From positions 16,058,001-16,122,000 of the forward strand of contig CM052826.1 in the NCBI GenBank assembly GCA_028534125.1: a stretch of 64,000 nt of DNA, given 5' to 3'. The position numbers and the translations under genes are program-made. Position 1 is the first letter of the stretch, and the number at the start of each line of letters is the position of its first letter. The notes beneath the pieces are model-generated. The model saw only the letters and a list, made by a program, of their open reading frames with translations, made no database searches and was not told where the DNA came from. The DNA comes from Lama glama. Its lineage: Eukaryota. Of this stretch, positions 1 through 13,825 are shown in pieces.

Positions 1-348
1 TCTTTCTGGCTTCTGTACTGGAGAGGAAACAAGTGGACTCAGGAAATCTCTGCATGAGGGTGTATCCACCTAGCTGGTGGAGATCACAGCAGAGTGCCTG
101 GTAACTGTCTCCCAGATGTATGTAGAGGCCAGCCTGTCTTTCTCTTCGGCTGTGAACTATGCATCTAGACCTTTATTTTATCAGCTGCAGGGGAAGGAGA
201 CCATTAGACTTCGGTGTTTTCATTTGTGTTTTACTCAACACAGAAATGTTTAGCTTCAGATTTTGAGCACATTTTTGTGAATTACATTTGTGAAAAGTCA
301 CAAAATTCTGGTATATCCTGGCGTTGGCGCTGCAGTTCTTGATTTGTG

Positions 349-520
349 CAGTGGCTCACAGTCTTGGCTTGAATGTTAAGAATCACCTGGGGAGCTTTTG
401 AAAATCCTAATACTTGGCCCTTACCCGGGACGTTTTTCATTGGAATCTCTGTGGGAAGGGGCCCAGGCATCTTTTTCATTTTTTATTTTTTTAAGGTTTT
501 CCAGATGCTACCAATGTACA
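349..520 (+). mobile_element. MER5-like hAT-Charlie MITE
   Basis: CAGTGG start, AGAATCACCTGGGGAGCTTTT..., GGGGCCCAGGCATC; boundaries approximate. Confidence 0.6.
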
Positions 521-887
521 GTTCTGTAAACCATTGTACACAGATATCACCCTAAGTTGGGTGCTGAATGTTGAGAATCTGGAAGCTACACAATCTAGTG
601 AGGAGAGGTGTACGCTGGGCAAGTCACAGACTCTTCTGGACATGCTTGGCTAAAGGTTTTCATTTGTATCTGCCCCTGAATTTTTCCTTTGCTATCCTCA
701 TTGCAGAACACCAATTTCTTTGTCTTCAAGACAGAGGGAATTGTGGTCTAGTTTTATTACTAAAGCTAAGTTAACTATTTTGGCTATATTTGGGCCCTGT
801 TGAAATTTGGGATGTGAGGCCCTGACTGACTTAAGTGCTGAGGCTATTTTGGTAGTCATTTGAGGTGGAAAGCTTGAAATGATGAAA

Positions 888-1022
888 TGAAGATGAAAAA
901 GTTCTAAAAAATGGATGGTAGTGATGGTTGCGTAACAATGTGAATGGACTTCATGCACTGAACTGTATACTTAAAAAAGGTCAACTTTATGTTATGTATA
1001 TTTTACTTCAATTAAAAAAATT
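888..1022 (+). mobile_element. Old L1M 3' end with A-tail
   Basis: GTGATGGTTGC..ACAATGTGAATG..CTGAACTGTATACTTAAAA..TTTATGTTATGTATATTTTAC..AATTAAAAAAAA is a typical L1MB/MC 3' terminus. Confidence 0.8.
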
Positions 1023-3778
1023 TTTTTGATGTGTGTGCCTTACCTCTTCCAGGTAGCTAGCTGGGCCCCCCTTGCTGGATATTGATTGTATTCACCACAG
1101 ACTAACAGGTGGTGCCTGCACAGGTCGCGTAAGGCTTTTGCTCCCTGTCCTGGCAGTTAAGTTACTGGCTGTTTTTTCTTTTGGTAAAACAGTGTAATTG
1201 TCTCCTCGCCTGCTATCAGATTGCCAGCTGTTTCTTCCTGCTGTGCTGTCAACTGCTTCTTTCCCCTTTCAGTGGCTGCTTCTAATCTGGTGTCCTGGGA
1301 ACAGAGATAAGCCTGCCTTCTTGGTGGTATTAGGCTTTGTGGTAGCCTTACCCGATGCCACCCTCCCAGGACATCAAGTGGCCAGAAATCCCTCAAACAA
1401 CCACTCTGGTTATTGAGTTTCAGGGTTTTTTCAGTTTCAGTTTTTACATTGGCATTGGGGTTCAACTAGCTAATCTTGTTTTGAGTTAAAGGTGAGTTTC
1501 TTTTTTTTTTTCTTTTCTTTTCTTTTTCTGTCTGTATGTCACTGTTTTGAATGGTGCTTCTGTGGGCCTCTGTGACCTGTTGGCATTGATGGTAGATGGC
1601 TGTTATGAGAATGCCTTGGTGTGTGCACTGGACATGGTAGTCTCACATGAGCCAGCCCTTCCAAGGGCACTGAACTCCAAAAGGAGGTGCTCGTCCTGCC
1701 TGCCTGCCCAGTGAAGAGCACATATCTGCTCTCCTTCCTTTGGTAGAATCTTCTTGGGCCCAAAATTGTGAAACCCAAAACCTGGAACACTCTCATTTTG
1801 GGGTGTGCGGCTTTTCAAAGAAACAGCTATAGGTGTTTTCTCATGTGCTCACAGTGCTTTTTTAGGCAAGCCGCTTTCTCCATAGCTCATTGTTTAGCCT
1901 AAATAATAGCAAGGGCTTCTGGGGCCTCAGTTTCCAGCAGCAAAGAGGAGACTTTGGGGTATAGGTAAGTCACCCGAGTCTGCAGTCACGGGTAGGGGTC
2001 ATGAAGGCACCTCCTCAGATGGTTGTGATGTGAAACTCTTTTGCCTTTGGCACATAGGAGCTGTGAAACTTCTCAGAATTCTGGGACAGAGAGAAGATCA
2101 GGGTAGGGAACATTTAAGTACAGTGGCTTGTTATAACTAGGATACTCTTTTTGGCCTGCTTTCCTAATTAAAAGTGGGACATATCTGAAATGAAAAATCA
2201 GGCTTTGGTCAGCTGAGAAGTTGTCCTTCCAGAGGACTTAAAATTGTGACATTTATTTAGGAAATAATTTTGTTACTACAACAAAGTAACTGGTATACCA
2301 GAAGGAATTGCGTTCTTCTGGCTGTAACAATGTAAACCTATGATTTGCTGTTACTGTATCCTCCATTAAGGGGTAGAGTCAAGAATGACTTGTCTCTCAG
2401 ACTTGACTCTTTGCAGGAAAATAATGCTTGTATAATAAACATGTAGGCAAAAACTCAAAGGTAATTAAATTGTCCTTTTTCATTATCTTTGGAGGTGATA
2501 ATGTAAAGATTCTGTCACTGAATGGACGCTGTGGTTTTAAGAAAGCCACAAACCCCTATGTTCAAAATAGATTCAAACCTGGGAACTGTCTTTAGAGCAG
2601 TTTACACATGAATGAGATGTTTCAATGAAGAAAATTTGTTTGCCAGGTGGACTGTTACTCCATTTAATGCATTAATATGGAGGAAATGGGAAGAGATCAT
2701 GAACAACAGAGCCTTGCTTGTGAAAGTCCCAAGGAGTAGAGACTTTAAAAAGCCCCAGTGCTTTAAGTCCCCACCCTTTCTTTTTTCCATGGTACATCAC
2801 ATAGTTTTAGTTATTTTCATTCTTGATTGTCTGTCCCCAGTCCCCTCCCTCTGGGCCAAAATATGAGCCCATGGGGGTAGATGTCTTTGTGCTGAATTCC
2901 AAAGAGTCTGTAGTGTTATAGGGTACACAGTAAGTTGTTGAATGGCTTAGTCAGAAGTCCAAAGTTTTGGTCTAAACCAGAAACACCTCTGATGGCAGAG
3001 GTATACGCAATTGTCCCCAGGACTCTGGTGCTTGGCCAGCCTGAACCAGTTGGTTTTTCAGCCTGTTCTTCATCTCAGCACCATCGCCTTATAAACCCAT
3101 GCAAGACAGATGCACATTAGCACGTATCAGTGAAGTGGGGCATCAGAAGTCAGAAGCAGGGCAGGCCAGATAGATAATTATGAGAAGAGCAATAGTTGGA
3201 CCACAAGAGCAAAGTTAGCAAAAGGAGCAAGCTCAAAACTTAATAGAACCCTTTGATTTGAAGTTTTGCAGAGTCTAAGGTGCCATCATGCCTACCTCTT
3301 AACCTTTTAGGACCTTCTGGGACCATTAACTCTGTAATGCAGTAGACTTTTCTTTATAAAGAACACTTTTAAAACCTCAAACCATACCTTGGGTTGAAGT
3401 TAAATCTATAATAGCATATATGTCTATCTTTACTCACTGGAGATAATGATCCTAACCCGTGAGAGGACTTGTATCTATTGAGGGTGAAAGCTTATCCTTT
3501 AACAAATATGGGTCAATATGAAAATAGAATAAATAAGAAATATGAAACCTTGGACTTGGAATGGGAAGGAGTGTGTGCTGTGAGCTCTGTTGCCTCTGGG
3601 ATGTGCCCAGGCTTGGGGGGCAGAGTATGGTAGGCCCTGGCCAGAAGGTCCCAGCCAGGTTGGTTGTGTTTTCCTCAAGGGTCTTCCACAGGGCTGGTGT
3701 TCGTGTTGAGTGAAATTTCCTTTTTTCCCCCGCCTAAAGCACACCTGTTTTGAGTTGTGCTCCAGGTGTACTTGAACC

Positions 3779-3810
3779 TGGTGGTGGTGGTGGTGGTGAT
3801 GGTGGTGGTG
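3779..3810. repeat. (TGG)n microsatellite
   Basis: TGGTGGTGGTGGTGGTGGTGATGGTGGTGGTG. Confidence 0.95.
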
Positions 3811-6509
3811 TTACTGTTATTGTTAAAGGGATTTGAATTTGGAAAGAAAGAGGGGAAGATTCGAGTTTGAACTGGATTTGATAAGGGCGATTTCCTTCTT
3901 AAGCACCCATGGTGCATTTCTTCACCTGAAAGTATAATGCATTTTGATGCCATTCCTATGGCAACCAGTGAACTCCAAGGGAACAGATTCTATTTTTGTG
4001 TTCTAACATGGTAACAGGATTAGTGAAAGCACAGTGAAAATACCGTAAGTCAGTGCTGCAGTTAGAAGAGAATTGAAATGGTCCAGCAGTAAATTTTTAA
4101 CATTGACTCCTTTTGAGTACACTTCTAATAACTTGCATGTCACTCAATTTAGTCTTGGCTTTAAATGTCAGGGGAGGGGCTTGATAGGAGCTTATTTTGA
4201 TCCCAGGTGGGTCCTCAGTAAAATCTTCAGGGACTCCATTCTCTGGGTTTCAAAACCTTGTTCACACACCTCTATCATTGGCGATTCTTATGTTCAAGTG
4301 TGTGACACCCTACCCCCACCTCAGCCTCGAGGTCAGATGATTTTAACTTGTCTAACCTGCCTTTAAACCAGATCTCTCCAGAAGACAACATGAAAGTGTG
4401 AATTCCTCCCTCAAGAAGCCTTCCCTGATCTGAGCCCCCTGCTGGGGCACTGGTGGCACCCTGGGAGGTAATGCCCTGTGCCTCCCTGTTCTTGGCTGTG
4501 GGTGATGCTCCATGGGGAGGGGACAATGCCTCTGTGAGCCACACTTTTTCCAGTTTCCCCTCTCGATTTCATCAGATTGAGCTATCCTGTTAGTGGTTTG
4601 GGGTTGGGGAAATGATGCCCACCTATTTTCTGATTTTAAGTTGGCAAGAAGCCTAACTTTCTGCTGGAGTAATTTGGAGGCATAGTGGTGAAGCACCTCA
4701 ACACTCACTAACTCTGGGTACTGATACCTGAGCACAAAAATGTCGGGGGCTGAGTTGGGTTGTGGGGGAGCTGAACAGGGCAGCCAGAGGTGGAGGTGGA
4801 AGAGATGAAGCACTTCTTGGGTGGTTCTGCACTTTTGTTTCCCCTAGGTGTTATGGACAGACAGACTATGTAGCTCACATTGTTTGGCTTCTTGTGTTCA
4901 GGCTTTGCCTGTTCCAGCTGCCTTGGCCTTGGTGTGATGGGGACCCAGGTGGTTGTTTTCTCAGCCTGTGGAAGGCTGAAGACTCGGCGCCTGTTTTCTG
5001 ACCTTTCTCTCTCTGTAGCAGATGGTATTGTTGCGTGCTCTCTTTTCCTAATGAAAGAGCTCATTCATGCCATTGAGGGTAGACTCAGCTCTGCCTTCCT
5101 CCATCTGCCTGAGACTGCGCCCTCCACCTCTGTTGGGAAGCCGTCCTCATGTGCTGACTTCCTCATATTGGCCTGGTGCTGTGCACTGTCCTGGGTAGCA
5201 CCAGCTGCTCTGTGGCTGAGGCCAGAACAAGGGAAATGCAAAACGGCTCCACTAGCGAGAGGAGCCATCTAAGATTGTAGAGGGCTCAGGGCAGTATCAG
5301 TTGTCCTGATTGAATTCTGCGTATTTCAGAAAACAGCCTCTGGGAGGGAGCTAAGTTCATCTCTGGAGCCTGCGTTCCAGTCCCCTCCTTCTAGTTATGA
5401 GGAACCCTGAGGCCCAGGAGGATTTTAGCTCAGGCTCTGGAAGTTATTTTCTCATCTCATCTCTGTCTTTGGTGTGTTTGCCGTGACCCACAACTCTTCA
5501 TGCTTTAAAAGCCTTTGTGTACCTCATGTTTAACATTTGTAGAAATGTTTTCCACTTCCTCTGCTTTCACATCAACTGTTTAATTCTTGGAGGACAAACT
5601 TCTGTCCTCCTCACTCCCCAGTTAAGTTGCGAACAGCCTTATTGAAAATTCCATGAGCAGCTGTGGTGCCTGAGACCATGTGGCCCACACCTGCCTCTTC
5701 TAACCTGCCCCGTGTGGTGTCACCATCCAGGAAGCTGCTGAGTCCCACAACTCTGCCTGCCTCCCTGGTGGGGATTTTAAATTGAGCGCTTTCCTCTGGA
5801 CACACAATGTTCTGATTCATCATCCTCAGTCCTGTTATTCAGTTGCTATTCTGCTCAGCTCCTTTGTGTTATCATGGTTTAGCTGTTAATCCAGGGCTCC
5901 CTTTTGGCCTCAACAATTAAGATTTGGCTTCTTAAATTATCTTTGGGTCTGACACCATCCTTCCTTGCCCCCGCCCCACTTTGGCCCTGTTTTGTTCCTG
6001 AAATACAGCTTCTGTGATAAATTTGCTCTCCATCCCCTCAGCAAGGTTCCCAAACTGTGGGATGTCTAACCCCCAAGTAAGGTGACTTCAGCTTGTTCCA
6101 AGATCAGCAGTCCCCCTGGGAGAAGGGCACATTTACTTTTTCAGTTTCCCACAGTCCTGTTCACTTTGAGGAGAAAGTCTTGTCGGGTGCTAATCTCCCT
6201 TTGTGCACACTGAGTGCCACTCAGAATCTTGGGCCAGCAGCCACGCCGGTGTTGTTTTCATTGTACTTACTTTTACACTGCCTTTCTCTTCATAACAGCT
6301 GTTGCTGGTTTTTAAGTTAATGACTTTTCTTTTTCTCTTTATGTTTAAAATTTCCAAATCTACAAAAAGTAGATTTACCAATTAATGTTTGACACATCTG
6401 CTTTATCAGTGCACAGGTTTTTTTCCCCCCCTAAATCCTTTGGAAGTGAGTTGCAAATGTGGTACTTCATGTACTTGAACGAATTATTCTTATTCTTTGA
6501 GAATAAGGG

Positions 6510-6590
6510 CATTGTCTTGAAAGCAGAGACTTCAACAGATATTTGTATACCCATGTTCATAGCAGTATTGGTCATAATGGCCAAAAAGTA
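6510..6590 (+). mobile_element. L1M fragment (end of ORF2 / 3' UTR) running into the 505-N gap
   Basis: TTGAAAGCAGAGAC..AACAGATATTTGTATACCCATGTTCATAGCAGTATT...GCCAAAAAG matches a recalled L1MA/MB segment. Confidence 0.75.
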
Positions 6591-7489
6591 NNNNNNNNNN
6601 NNNNNNNNNNNNNNNNNNNNNNNNNNNNNNNNNNNNNNNNNNNNNNNNNNNNNNNNNNNNNNNNNNNNNNNNNNNNNNNNNNNNNNNNNNNNNNNNNNNN
6701 NNNNNNNNNNNNNNNNNNNNNNNNNNNNNNNNNNNNNNNNNNNNNNNNNNNNNNNNNNNNNNNNNNNNNNNNNNNNNNNNNNNNNNNNNNNNNNNNNNNN
6801 NNNNNNNNNNNNNNNNNNNNNNNNNNNNNNNNNNNNNNNNNNNNNNNNNNNNNNNNNNNNNNNNNNNNNNNNNNNNNNNNNNNNNNNNNNNNNNNNNNNN
6901 NNNNNNNNNNNNNNNNNNNNNNNNNNNNNNNNNNNNNNNNNNNNNNNNNNNNNNNNNNNNNNNNNNNNNNNNNNNNNNNNNNNNNNNNNNNNNNNNNNNN
7001 NNNNNNNNNNNNNNNNNNNNNNNNNNNNNNNNNNNNNNNNNNNNNNNNNNNNNNNNNNNNNNNNNNNNNNNNNNNNNNNNNNNNNNNNNNNNNNNAACCA
7101 CAATAAACATTGTGGAAAATCAACAATAATTGCATCCCATATTAAGATTTCCCAATTGTCTCCCAAAATGTCTGTCTCGCCCATTCAGACAGGTTCACAC
7201 ATCCATGTGATATGTTAATGTTTTCTTTTAAATACATATATTTTAAGTTTATAAAGAGCAAGTTGATATAAAGCACAAGTGAATCAGGGTGATAAAGGTG
7301 GTAGATGTGGACTGACCAGGGTCAAACCCTGAATGCGTAGTGGTCTTGGTCGCTGTGGCTCTGGAGCTGAGTTCCTAGAGTGTATGCCCCAGGCCTCCTA
7401 GCTTCTACAGGAGGAACCTTCTATATCTTTACAGTAAGGGCAGCACTAACCTCTTAAACATCAAAATGTGATCGTGTGACTGAGAAACT

Positions 7490-7885
7490 GGATTTTTAAA
7501 TTTTACTGAATTCTAATTTTAATTTTAAAACTGATGTCAATTGGAGAACATTTAAGTATATTTGGAACATCTTAGGTATGTGAATCTACTTTTTAAACCT
7601 CACACTTCATGAAATCTAAATAAGATCAAATATTTTGAATGAAAATTTAGCTCCTGAATTGAGATATGCTGAAAGTGTGGAGAACACACTTGGATTTCAG
7701 ACATTTAGTATGGGGGGATAAAATGTCCTTTTTTATAGTGATTCTACATTGAATCATTGATCACACATTGAAATGATATTTTAAGTGTATTGGATTCAGT
7801 GAAATATACTTTTAACTTCACCCTTTTACATTAATGTGGCTACTAGAAAATTAAAGTGTTTGAGTGGTCACATTTATTTCTATAA
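7490..7885 (+). mobile_element. Charlie1 / MER33-type hAT transposon 3' fragment
   Basis: ATGAAATCTAAATA.AGATCAA...GAAAATTTAGC..GAATTGAGATATGCTG...AATGTGGCTACTAGAAAATT. Confidence 0.75.
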
Positions 7886-10800
7886 CACACATATAGATGT
7901 GGTGCAAGTGTAAAGAGTCTATTCCTCTGCAGCAGCCTGCGCGGCCACCCTCCACCAGGTTTTTCTCTTATTTCCCTTTCTGGGCTACTGAAAACCTATT
8001 ATTTTGGGTGACTTCTCTGCTGAATTCTTTCTCATTGGTCCTTCTGTCCTAATAAGGCCTGGGACCTGTGAGTACCAGAACCCTGGGCACACCTCTTGAA
8101 GCCTTTGCTTCTCCACTGTTAGACTGGTGAAGGGAAGGGGCTCAGCCACATCTCTCACCTGAGTAAGGCTGGCAGGGGAGGAACGTGGCCACCCATCCTT
8201 GTTACTGGTAACATGATGAGAACACTTTTCTGACCCTCTTCTGTCTAGCTCTTTGCCCAAGGTCCCAAGCAGCACAGAGGTATGGGAATCATTGGTGGGA
8301 GGGCATTGAGACCCCAAAGAAGGTACTGGGGGCACCAGCCCCGTTCAGCTCTGCTCTCTCCTGTGTGAGACATGTCCAGTATGGAGTCTTGGAGAGCTCA
8401 TAGAATCGCATAGAGTGATGTGGTGAGCTGGGGACAAGCTGCCCAGCACGTGGGTCTCTAGCTTTCCTGGTGCATGACTCACAAATCAGTTGCTAAACTC
8501 AGTGAATGCAGGTGGCATTTTCACTCACAGGGATGCATATGCACATAGTTTTTATTTAGTCATTCTGTGCTCTACATCCTGGTTTTGAAGCATCGTTTGT
8601 GATGAATGTTTGTTCCACATCCTTAAATACTTTTCAAGTTTTAACGCAAAGACGGCAAGGAGTTCAAATGCTGCAAGTTCACTGAAAGTATGAACCTGTG
8701 CACTGGGGCTTTTTTTGTTTTTGTTTTTGATGAGCTGACAGCTCCTCTCCAATGAGCAGCTCTTATTTTCCTAAGTGAACTAAGGACAAGCTGCCCTGGC
8801 CTTGTCTGCTAGGGAGTAAACCTGGGCTGTGCAACAGAATCTAAGTCTGTGAGATGTCTGGCTGCAGCTGAGGATCCCCTAGGGCTCAGCCCCTAGGGCT
8901 GGCTTTGCCAGTGGTCACTGCCTGAGGAGGGTCCTGCTGCCCAGGGCACAGCAGGCTGCAGGGCTCCTGCGAGAAATCAGAACACTTTGCTTTGTTCCCC
9001 CTGTTCTTCCCAACGCCTGCTCTCCTGTCAGTGTCAGCTGGATCAGTTGGCTCCTGTGGGTCACTTCAGCGGAAGTCAGGTGGGATTCGTGGCAAACAAG
9101 AATGTTAGTTTTCACGAAGCAGCAGATCCCTGTGAAGTTCTTAACTTTCCTTTCCGTTCTCATCTGAAATTGTGTTAATTTTGGCTTCTTCGCACTCTGA
9201 AAGTTACTGAGATCTAGAGGAGGTTGGTTATTTAAATCCATGCATACAGTTCAAACTGACATGGTTAGGTTGTTACAGCAAAAGGAGACACTGAGTGTTC
9301 GCACAGGGCAGAAGCCTTCTTGTGCATGGAGAGGTGGCTTACCCCTACCTATCAGGAAGTCACTTTTGTGTGGGAGCCAGGGCCCGTCTGCCTGTTTCCC
9401 TGAGGCTGCTTGACTGTCAGAGCACTGGCCCTTGCTGTACCCTTGGGAGCACATGTCTAGTTTAGACACTGTCACCTCTCACTGTTATTTGGGTTCTATA
9501 CTTGATGAAAAGTAAGGCAAGATGAGAGGAAAAGTAATCTTAGCCGGAGCCACTTCTTGAGAGTGCCTGATGATGACAGATGTATCCTTTTTCTCAGATC
9601 TTTCTTCTAAAATACAGCTTCACAGTGAAGGTCAGAGGATAATATCATTAAAGAAGAGGTCACCCATAAGCATCAGCTCTTTATCAAGGTAACTGGATTC
9701 CTGCATCTCTAAACCCTGAGTCGCTGTGTGCCTTGTCCTTGATAGATGCATCTGCTCCTTGGTGTGCCTCCATGTCTCCTCCTGGCCTTTGAAGGCCTAA
9801 TTGGCCTTCCCTCTCAGTGAGGACTCTCGGTAGCGAGGGCTGAAGTATCACTTGGATGGCAGATTGTGGTGTCTCTGGAAGCTCTCGTGCTAGGCTTGTA
9901 CCCTGAGCCCCTTTTGTCCCCAGTAATCGTAGGTGGATCCCTTTGAGTCTCCCTCTCAGCTGCCATTCTGCTACTTTGAAGAGAAGCTTAGAGGCATGAT
10001 GTACTCTTAGAGATACCTTCCACCCTGCCAGCCTTGCCTACTCATGGAGGCTGCTTCCTGGGGGATGAAATTGTAGGCAAAATTGGTTGGAATATCACCT
10101 TTCCCACTCATGGGTCTGTTCACTAGTTGAATATTGTTTCTGCTTAAACACAGCAGGACTGTATGCCTGTGAGCTGACGTGTTCTGGAACTTTTCAGCCA
10201 CAGGCAGTGGACTACCTCTCCCCTGTATGGTGCTAGCCATTGGCTGTTGCATTTGATTTACCTTTCTCTTGGCCTCCCAAATTCCCAAACAGCTTGACTT
10301 TCACCACCTACTTGGAGGTCAACTCTAATGTGTTTCCATGGTGTTTGCTGTGCTGGAAACCACTTAGTTGTCTTTTTTGTACTAGTTTTAAATTTTATGA
10401 GGATCATGAACTTGGATTTAATCCTTCTGTTGTAAATGGGAGGCTTCAGAGAACCAGTGTGACATCGCCCTCAAAAATTTTTTGATCTACAACTGGGCAG
10501 CCCAGGACTGTACTGGCAGCCTGGTTTGGCTAATCCTAGTTTCTCACTCTTACTCTTCATTTCAGTAATTTATCTTTTGAAAAGTGAACATCACCTCCCA
10601 TTCTTGCTGCCTTGCAGATTCTTCTGTTCTCCATTATTCCAGTGCTTGCTCCCAACTGGGAAACTCTCATCTAAGTAGAGTGCTTGGCCTCACTACCTGC
10701 CTTGGCTTTATGATCTGCATGACTCTGGCCATATCAGAGTGCACCTCTCAAAGGAGGATTTTTCTACGTGAAATAACATTCCTGTTTTGTTGCGTCTCAT

Positions 10801-11382
10801 ATTACAGTGTGGGTTAATCTTAGCGTTACATACACCACAGTAGCTGTTTTGGAAATAAAAATAAAAGGTGTAAAAGTAAAGACAGAGGAATGGGAGTAAC
10901 AACTTTAAAAGAGGCAACCAGAAATAATATCACTCTTAACCACCTTACCTGTAAAGGGCACAACCTGAGACATAGGTCGGTGGGAACGCAGGGTTTGAAT
11001 TAATGGCATTGTGTTTCTGTCAATCTTTCAGCCTCTTAATTTGGAGACTTCCCCAGGTCAAGGCTGCTTTGAGAAGCAGTGCCTGGAGGCCGGCTCACTA
11101 GATTGAGGCAGACTGATCAAAAGACCACACCAACAGAGACATCAGTGGGAGCTTCTGAAAGGGGGTGCATTGTTGGCTGGTTGCTTGGTTTTTAAATATA
11201 AATAGGTATAGTCTTCCACAAACCCACCACTGTATCCCACTTCATTTTGTGGTTTCATGTACCCACCCACTTGCACATCTTTACTTAATTTCATCTGTAA
11301 GTTTGCATTCTGCTTTTCTAACATAACGTTTTTTTAATCTGCATTTCCCTCATTTTGACACAAAGTCTAGAAATCTGTGGAA

Positions 11383-11577
11383 CAGGGGTTGCAAACTAAG
11401 GCCTGTAGACCAATACAAGTTTTATTGGCATGTGGCCACAGTCATTTGTCTAAAGATTGTCAGTGGGCTGCTGTAACAGTTCTGCAACAACAGAATGAAG
11501 TATTGCAAGGACTGTGTCTTGCACAGCTGACTTTATTTACTCTTTGGCCCTTTGTAGGAAAAACTAGCCTACCCATG
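11383..11577 (+). mobile_element. MER58A hAT-Charlie MITE
   Basis: CAGGGGTTGCAAACT...AAGTTTTATTGG...TATTTACT.TTTGGCCCTTT...CCTACCCATG with imperfect terminal inverted repeats. Confidence 0.8.
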
Positions 11578-12853
11578 CTGGTATATGTTTTAGCAGTTTT
11601 GATCTTGTCCACATCAAAGTTTTGTTTTCATTTTAACTGCCTGCCCCTCTAAGGAACATTTTAAGTTCACAAATCCATCCTCCAAGATTTAACCATCAAT
11701 AGCATGATGTAAGCCGAATGTAACAATAGAACCTTTTTATACTGTACTTCCAGCTGCTGACAGCTTTCACAGGGAAAAGACAGTACAAAATTCTCACTGC
11801 CCCTAAGTTAATGTGCCTGCTGATTGGTTTCTAAAGCAGAGGGGCTGGCTGGAATTCTGATTGACAAGGTTGTGGCCTGTCTGGGCCTGGATCCTGGTTT
11901 TCCTGGCTGCGTGGTCCTTGTATAGCTGATTCCCTCTCATGGGGGAAAGAGCGCTTGAGTGTGTCTACACACCCTGGCAGGAAGACTGACTCATCTTTGT
12001 CTTGGGTTGCCTGGTTTAAGGCAAGCTGCAGGCTTGAGGCTTGAGGTTATAGGGCCTTGCCTGGCAAAGTCCAAGGGGGCAAAGGGGTAGGCCGTGTACA
12101 AGCTACGTGAAGGAGGATTAAGACTTCTAAGAGCTGCCTCAGGGCACAGGCACTGGCCAGACTCCAGACAGCTCAGTCTGGCTGATGACACGAGTGCTGT
12201 TCTCATCAGTTGCTAGAGCTGGTCAGATGGAAAAGTAATCCTGTTTGTGCTTCCCCACTGACATAGGTCACACAGTGAAACAGGGGCCTTCACTATGAAT
12301 GGGAAGGAGCTTCAGCTCTGGGATCAGGAGGAAACAGACCTGATACTAGTTTTCTGGAACCTGTGTAACATTTCAAGAAAAAATGTTCTTAGTAGCAGAT
12401 AAGATTTGCTGCGAATTGAATAATGTTAAGAAATTTGCTATTTTTTTAAACCAAAGTTAAGGTCCCCCATCCCCTTCTCTTAGTCCCTAAGTAGAATCTC
12501 ACTCTTCCCCCAAATGATTCTTTAAAGGGGAGCCTTGCAGTGATGGAGAGGTGACCTTCTCTGTCTGAAGGGTATGTGTGTACTACTGTGAACTTGTAAT
12601 TTCATAAGAGGCTGAGGTCAGCTGGCATTGGCCAGCATTTTTCTTGGTCTGAGACAAGTTCAATCCATGGCCCTTTGGGCCCTTCAATGCTTGGGAAGCA
12701 TGAATAACAATTTGGTCTCTGCTTCCCTTGACCCCACACCCCATGGCATCAGCAGGGAAGTGTGATGCTGATTTCACCTGTGATTTGGACCAAGTCACAG
12801 TTGACCAGGTGCTGCCAGAGTTATCTTGACTTTGATTTGTTTAGGGGAGTGAA

Positions 12854-13036
12854 ATTCTTTGGAAATTAACCTCACTTTCTTGAGGGTTTTGTGACATTCA
12901 GCTATTTCTTCAGAGAGGGCAGGTCTGTTGATAGTACATGCCAGGACGTAGATGTGGGGTGGGGGTGCCCTCTGCCAAACCACAGACCCTCCTGGCCCAC
13001 CAATGCTGGTTGACTGGGCCTCTGCCCCTGGGCTTG
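12854..13036 (+). other. BRD4: Probable orthologue of an alternative non-coding BRD4 first exon
   Basis: Begins ATTCTTTGGAA, contains CAGCTATTTCTTCAGAGAGGGCAGG and GACTGGGCCTCTGCCCCT, and ends TTG|GTGAGC. These blocks resemble the recalled 5' UTR of the human downstream-promoter BRD4 transcript. It lies about 8.4 kb before exon 2. Confidence 0.5.
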
Positions 13037-13094
13037 GTGAGCACAGGCACTCAAGGGACACACAACCCTGGGTGACCTCCGGCTGACCACCACC

Positions 13095-13210
13095 CACTCT
13101 TTGTTGCCAAGAGAATGAAGATGAAGGTAATGATGCCACCACCTGCCTTGTAGGCTTGCTTTGAAGATTAAATAAGTAAATACAGGTCAAGTGTCAAGTA
13201 CGGGGCATCA
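13095..13210 (+). mobile_element. MIR fragment
   Basis: GAAGGTAATGATGCCACC.ACCT...TGAAGATTAAATAAGTAAATACA resembles the MIR core 3' half. Confidence 0.5.
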
Positions 13211-13825
13211 GCCCAGGAAGCGGCTGGTCCCTACTGGCGAGCTTTCCTAGGCCCTAGTGCAGATGTGTGTTTTGGTAGCTCGCATAAAGTTCTGCCAAGT
13301 GTGGTTTCTGTATTTCACAAAAGAGTTCATGAAGCCTTCCAGTTAACCTGCACTGCTCCTGCCTTCCCTTCCATCTTGCTGCCTACATGCTGTGTCACTT
13401 TAGGGAGGAGAAGAGAGTCAAGCTGTGGTCTCTGGGCTTCGTGGGCTCTCTGGGAGACCAAGACTTAAGGTGGAACTATAGGTACAATGTATAGCTGGTC
13501 ACCCTCTCACAATGGACAGAACTTGAACTTAATCTCCAGGGATCAGTCTTTCTCTTTACCTCTCTTGCCTTCCAAAGCCCAGACCCAAACCTGCCCATTA
13601 TCTTTCTCTCTCTGTCTCAACTCCTAATCTCCAGAAAAGAAAATACTGTTGAAGTTTGAAAAATGTTACAGTTGTGTTGTCTGCTAAATACTATCTGTCC
13701 TTAAAATTTTCTCAAATCACTTAGATGAGTTGGAATGATAGGAAAGAACATCCTTGAAAGCAGGAATGCTTAATCAAGGGTTTATAAACATAGGGAAAGA
13801 ATTTACATTTTTATTTTCATTAGCC

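Noticed and set aside
4352-5272. Cluster of 118-153 aa overlapping ORFs in intron 1
   Set aside because: Mutually overlapping on both strands with no family motif; expected by chance.
6375-7218. Long ORFs (187-277 aa) in the ORF track, and similar ones across the other N-runs
   Set aside because: They are long only because N codons contain no stops; the flanks are L1 remnant or intron sequence.
8876-8900. Direct repeat CCCCTAGGGCT x2 with internal palindromes
   Set aside because: Only two 11-nt units; consistent with a small local duplication, with no array or spacer structure.
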